Below are positions 63,901 to 64,000 of a DNA stretch of 64,000 bases, piece by piece. Within the stretch, counting starts at the first letter, position 1, and each line of letters starts with the position of its first letter. Both the position numbers and the translations under genes were made by a program. The DNA is taken from positions 184,378 to 248,377 of the forward strand of contig JAQGDQ010000352.1 in assembly GCA_030141605.1 (NCBI GenBank), written 5' to 3'. This DNA is from Tubiluchus corallicola (taxonomy: Eukaryota; Animalia; Priapulida). The notes beneath the pieces are model-generated. The model saw only the letters and a program-made list of their open reading frames with translations. It was not told the origin of the DNA and did no database searches.

Positions 63901-64000
63901 TTATAACATCATTCAGAGATATGCCATTGCACTTGCAGGAGCAATTAAAAACAACACTGATCTTGTTTGGCTTCCTAGGGTGAAATACTCCATGGTGGGG
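60980..64000 (-). CDS. BEL/Pao polyprotein RT-RNase H-integrase (5' partial; the frame is open to the window edge)
   Basis: PHHGV...KISVVFNCS upstream of the listed Met, then ADIEGMF, FG..SSP, FYVDD, FDPLG, HHFSDAS, AKSRVAP, PRLEL, WTDS, N.AD..TRG, an HHCC zinc finger, GIDFFGP, WTDRGTNF and a GPDGLVR-like C-terminus (APDGLVRSV). Confidence 0.95.
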   Translation of the reverse strand, partial: PHHGVFHPRKPNKISVVFNCSCKCNGISLNDVIMSGPNLTSNLLDVLLRFREHEVAICADIEGMFNQVLVDPSQYDMLRFLWYDDGAQIGDSPVDYHMSVHLFGCISSPFCANLAVRKTADDNAHDFDAATLYAVKNNFYVDDLLKSVSTEYEAVRLANSLTELLQRGGFHLTKFLSNREAVIKEIPESERAKPILDLQQKLADPPIESALGIRWNTQDDVFQFKSVLKGKPTTRRGILSETSSLFDPLGFLCAVILPAKVLLQHLCKLKLNWDEHIPDDLEAKWLKWTTSLSSLNDLKIPRCIKLINFGPVASTQLHHFSDASNDAYGVCSYVRFVNQQGQIHCCLLTAKSRVAPLKTQTVPRLELQASVIAVRMNKTILEALDIKIDAVVFWTDSTSVLKFIQNEKKRFQVYVANRLAEIHCGSDVSQWRYVSSSQNVADDITRGIKAEQLSADHRWFKGPPFLWKTEAEWPAQPTLFPVPDDHEEVKKVQINLAIQEEPIDELLTYFSSWEKLRNSVAWFIKYKHYLKNKGTGYHGKIGKHLRYGDLEEAEKSIIHLVQKIAFREEIKLMSPALPGNKESLNKEKNHLKSSPLYGIRPFVDAEGLLRVYGRLTRGSFNYGYKYPLILPYKHHITDLLIQYYHESYAHLGRDYVLSQMRLKYYIIKGKSAVRRVLSRCFKCKKERSRPAEQLMADLPTARIKPYDPPFSRIGIDFFGPIYVRQGRSTIKRYGCLATCMATRAVHIEITHNLDTDSFINAFRRIICRRGEVLEVWTDRGTNFIGGERKLREALQLWNEEKLNKHMVQRGVKWTFNTAGASHHGGVWDRCIRSFRGIFRQLLKEQTITDEVLLTLIAEAEFIMNNRPLTEFSNDPNDFRPLTPNDLILQRPCPNLPPGIFCKDDSMLKRRWRQCQYLVNIFWRRWVKEYIPNLQQRQKWLTVKRNFKENDLVLVVDENAARNQWTAGRITEVFPAPDGLVRSVMVKNPSTTLLRPITKLCLLEEAE

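Larger units (their letters stand above)
59961..64000 (-). mobile_element. BEL/Pao LTR retrotransposon (3' part) inserted antisense in AKR intron 6
   Basis: Uninterrupted pol ORF, ~750-bp AT-rich 3' untranslated region, PPT and LTR. Confidence 0.92.

Noticed and set aside
45189-63983. Short plus-strand ORFs overlapping ABCB8, RNF25 and BEL pol
   Set aside because: Antisense shadows of long coding sequences.
1-64000. CRISPR arrays, rRNA, operon-type prokaryotic systems
   Set aside because: No repeat-spacer arrays or rRNA motifs were seen, and the sequence is eukaryotic with spliceosomal introns.

Overview
This is an AT-rich, repeat-rich eukaryotic window, very probably from an invertebrate animal. 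It has spliceosomal GT-AG introns, microsatellites, LINE, BEL-Pao, Helitron and MITE elements, and no prokaryotic features. Six host genes can be built by hand. (1) A 5-coding-exon secretory-pathway cyclophilin (+, 13807-22174) with two substituted active-site residues and a charged helical tail. (2) An intronless rhodopsin-class peptide-receptor-like GPCR nested antisense in the first coding intron of that cyclophilin (15574-16608). (3) A 5-exon gene (-, 39673-28406), not visible as a single ORF, encoding a 302-aa secreted precursor with an acidic pro-region, basic cleavage sites and a ~197-aa C-terminal domain that looks like a long-chain class-I helical cytokine (IL-6/CNTF/Unpaired-like). 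This is the most interesting candidate. (4) An intronless mitochondrial ABC half-transporter ABCB8. (5) An intronless RNF25-like RWD-RING E3 ligase ending in PPG-hydrophobic motifs. (6) The first six exons of an AKR1-type aldo-keto reductase, whose introns hold nested transposons and a BEL/Pao LTR retrotransposon running off the window edge. All calls come from manual reading, and no database searches were run.
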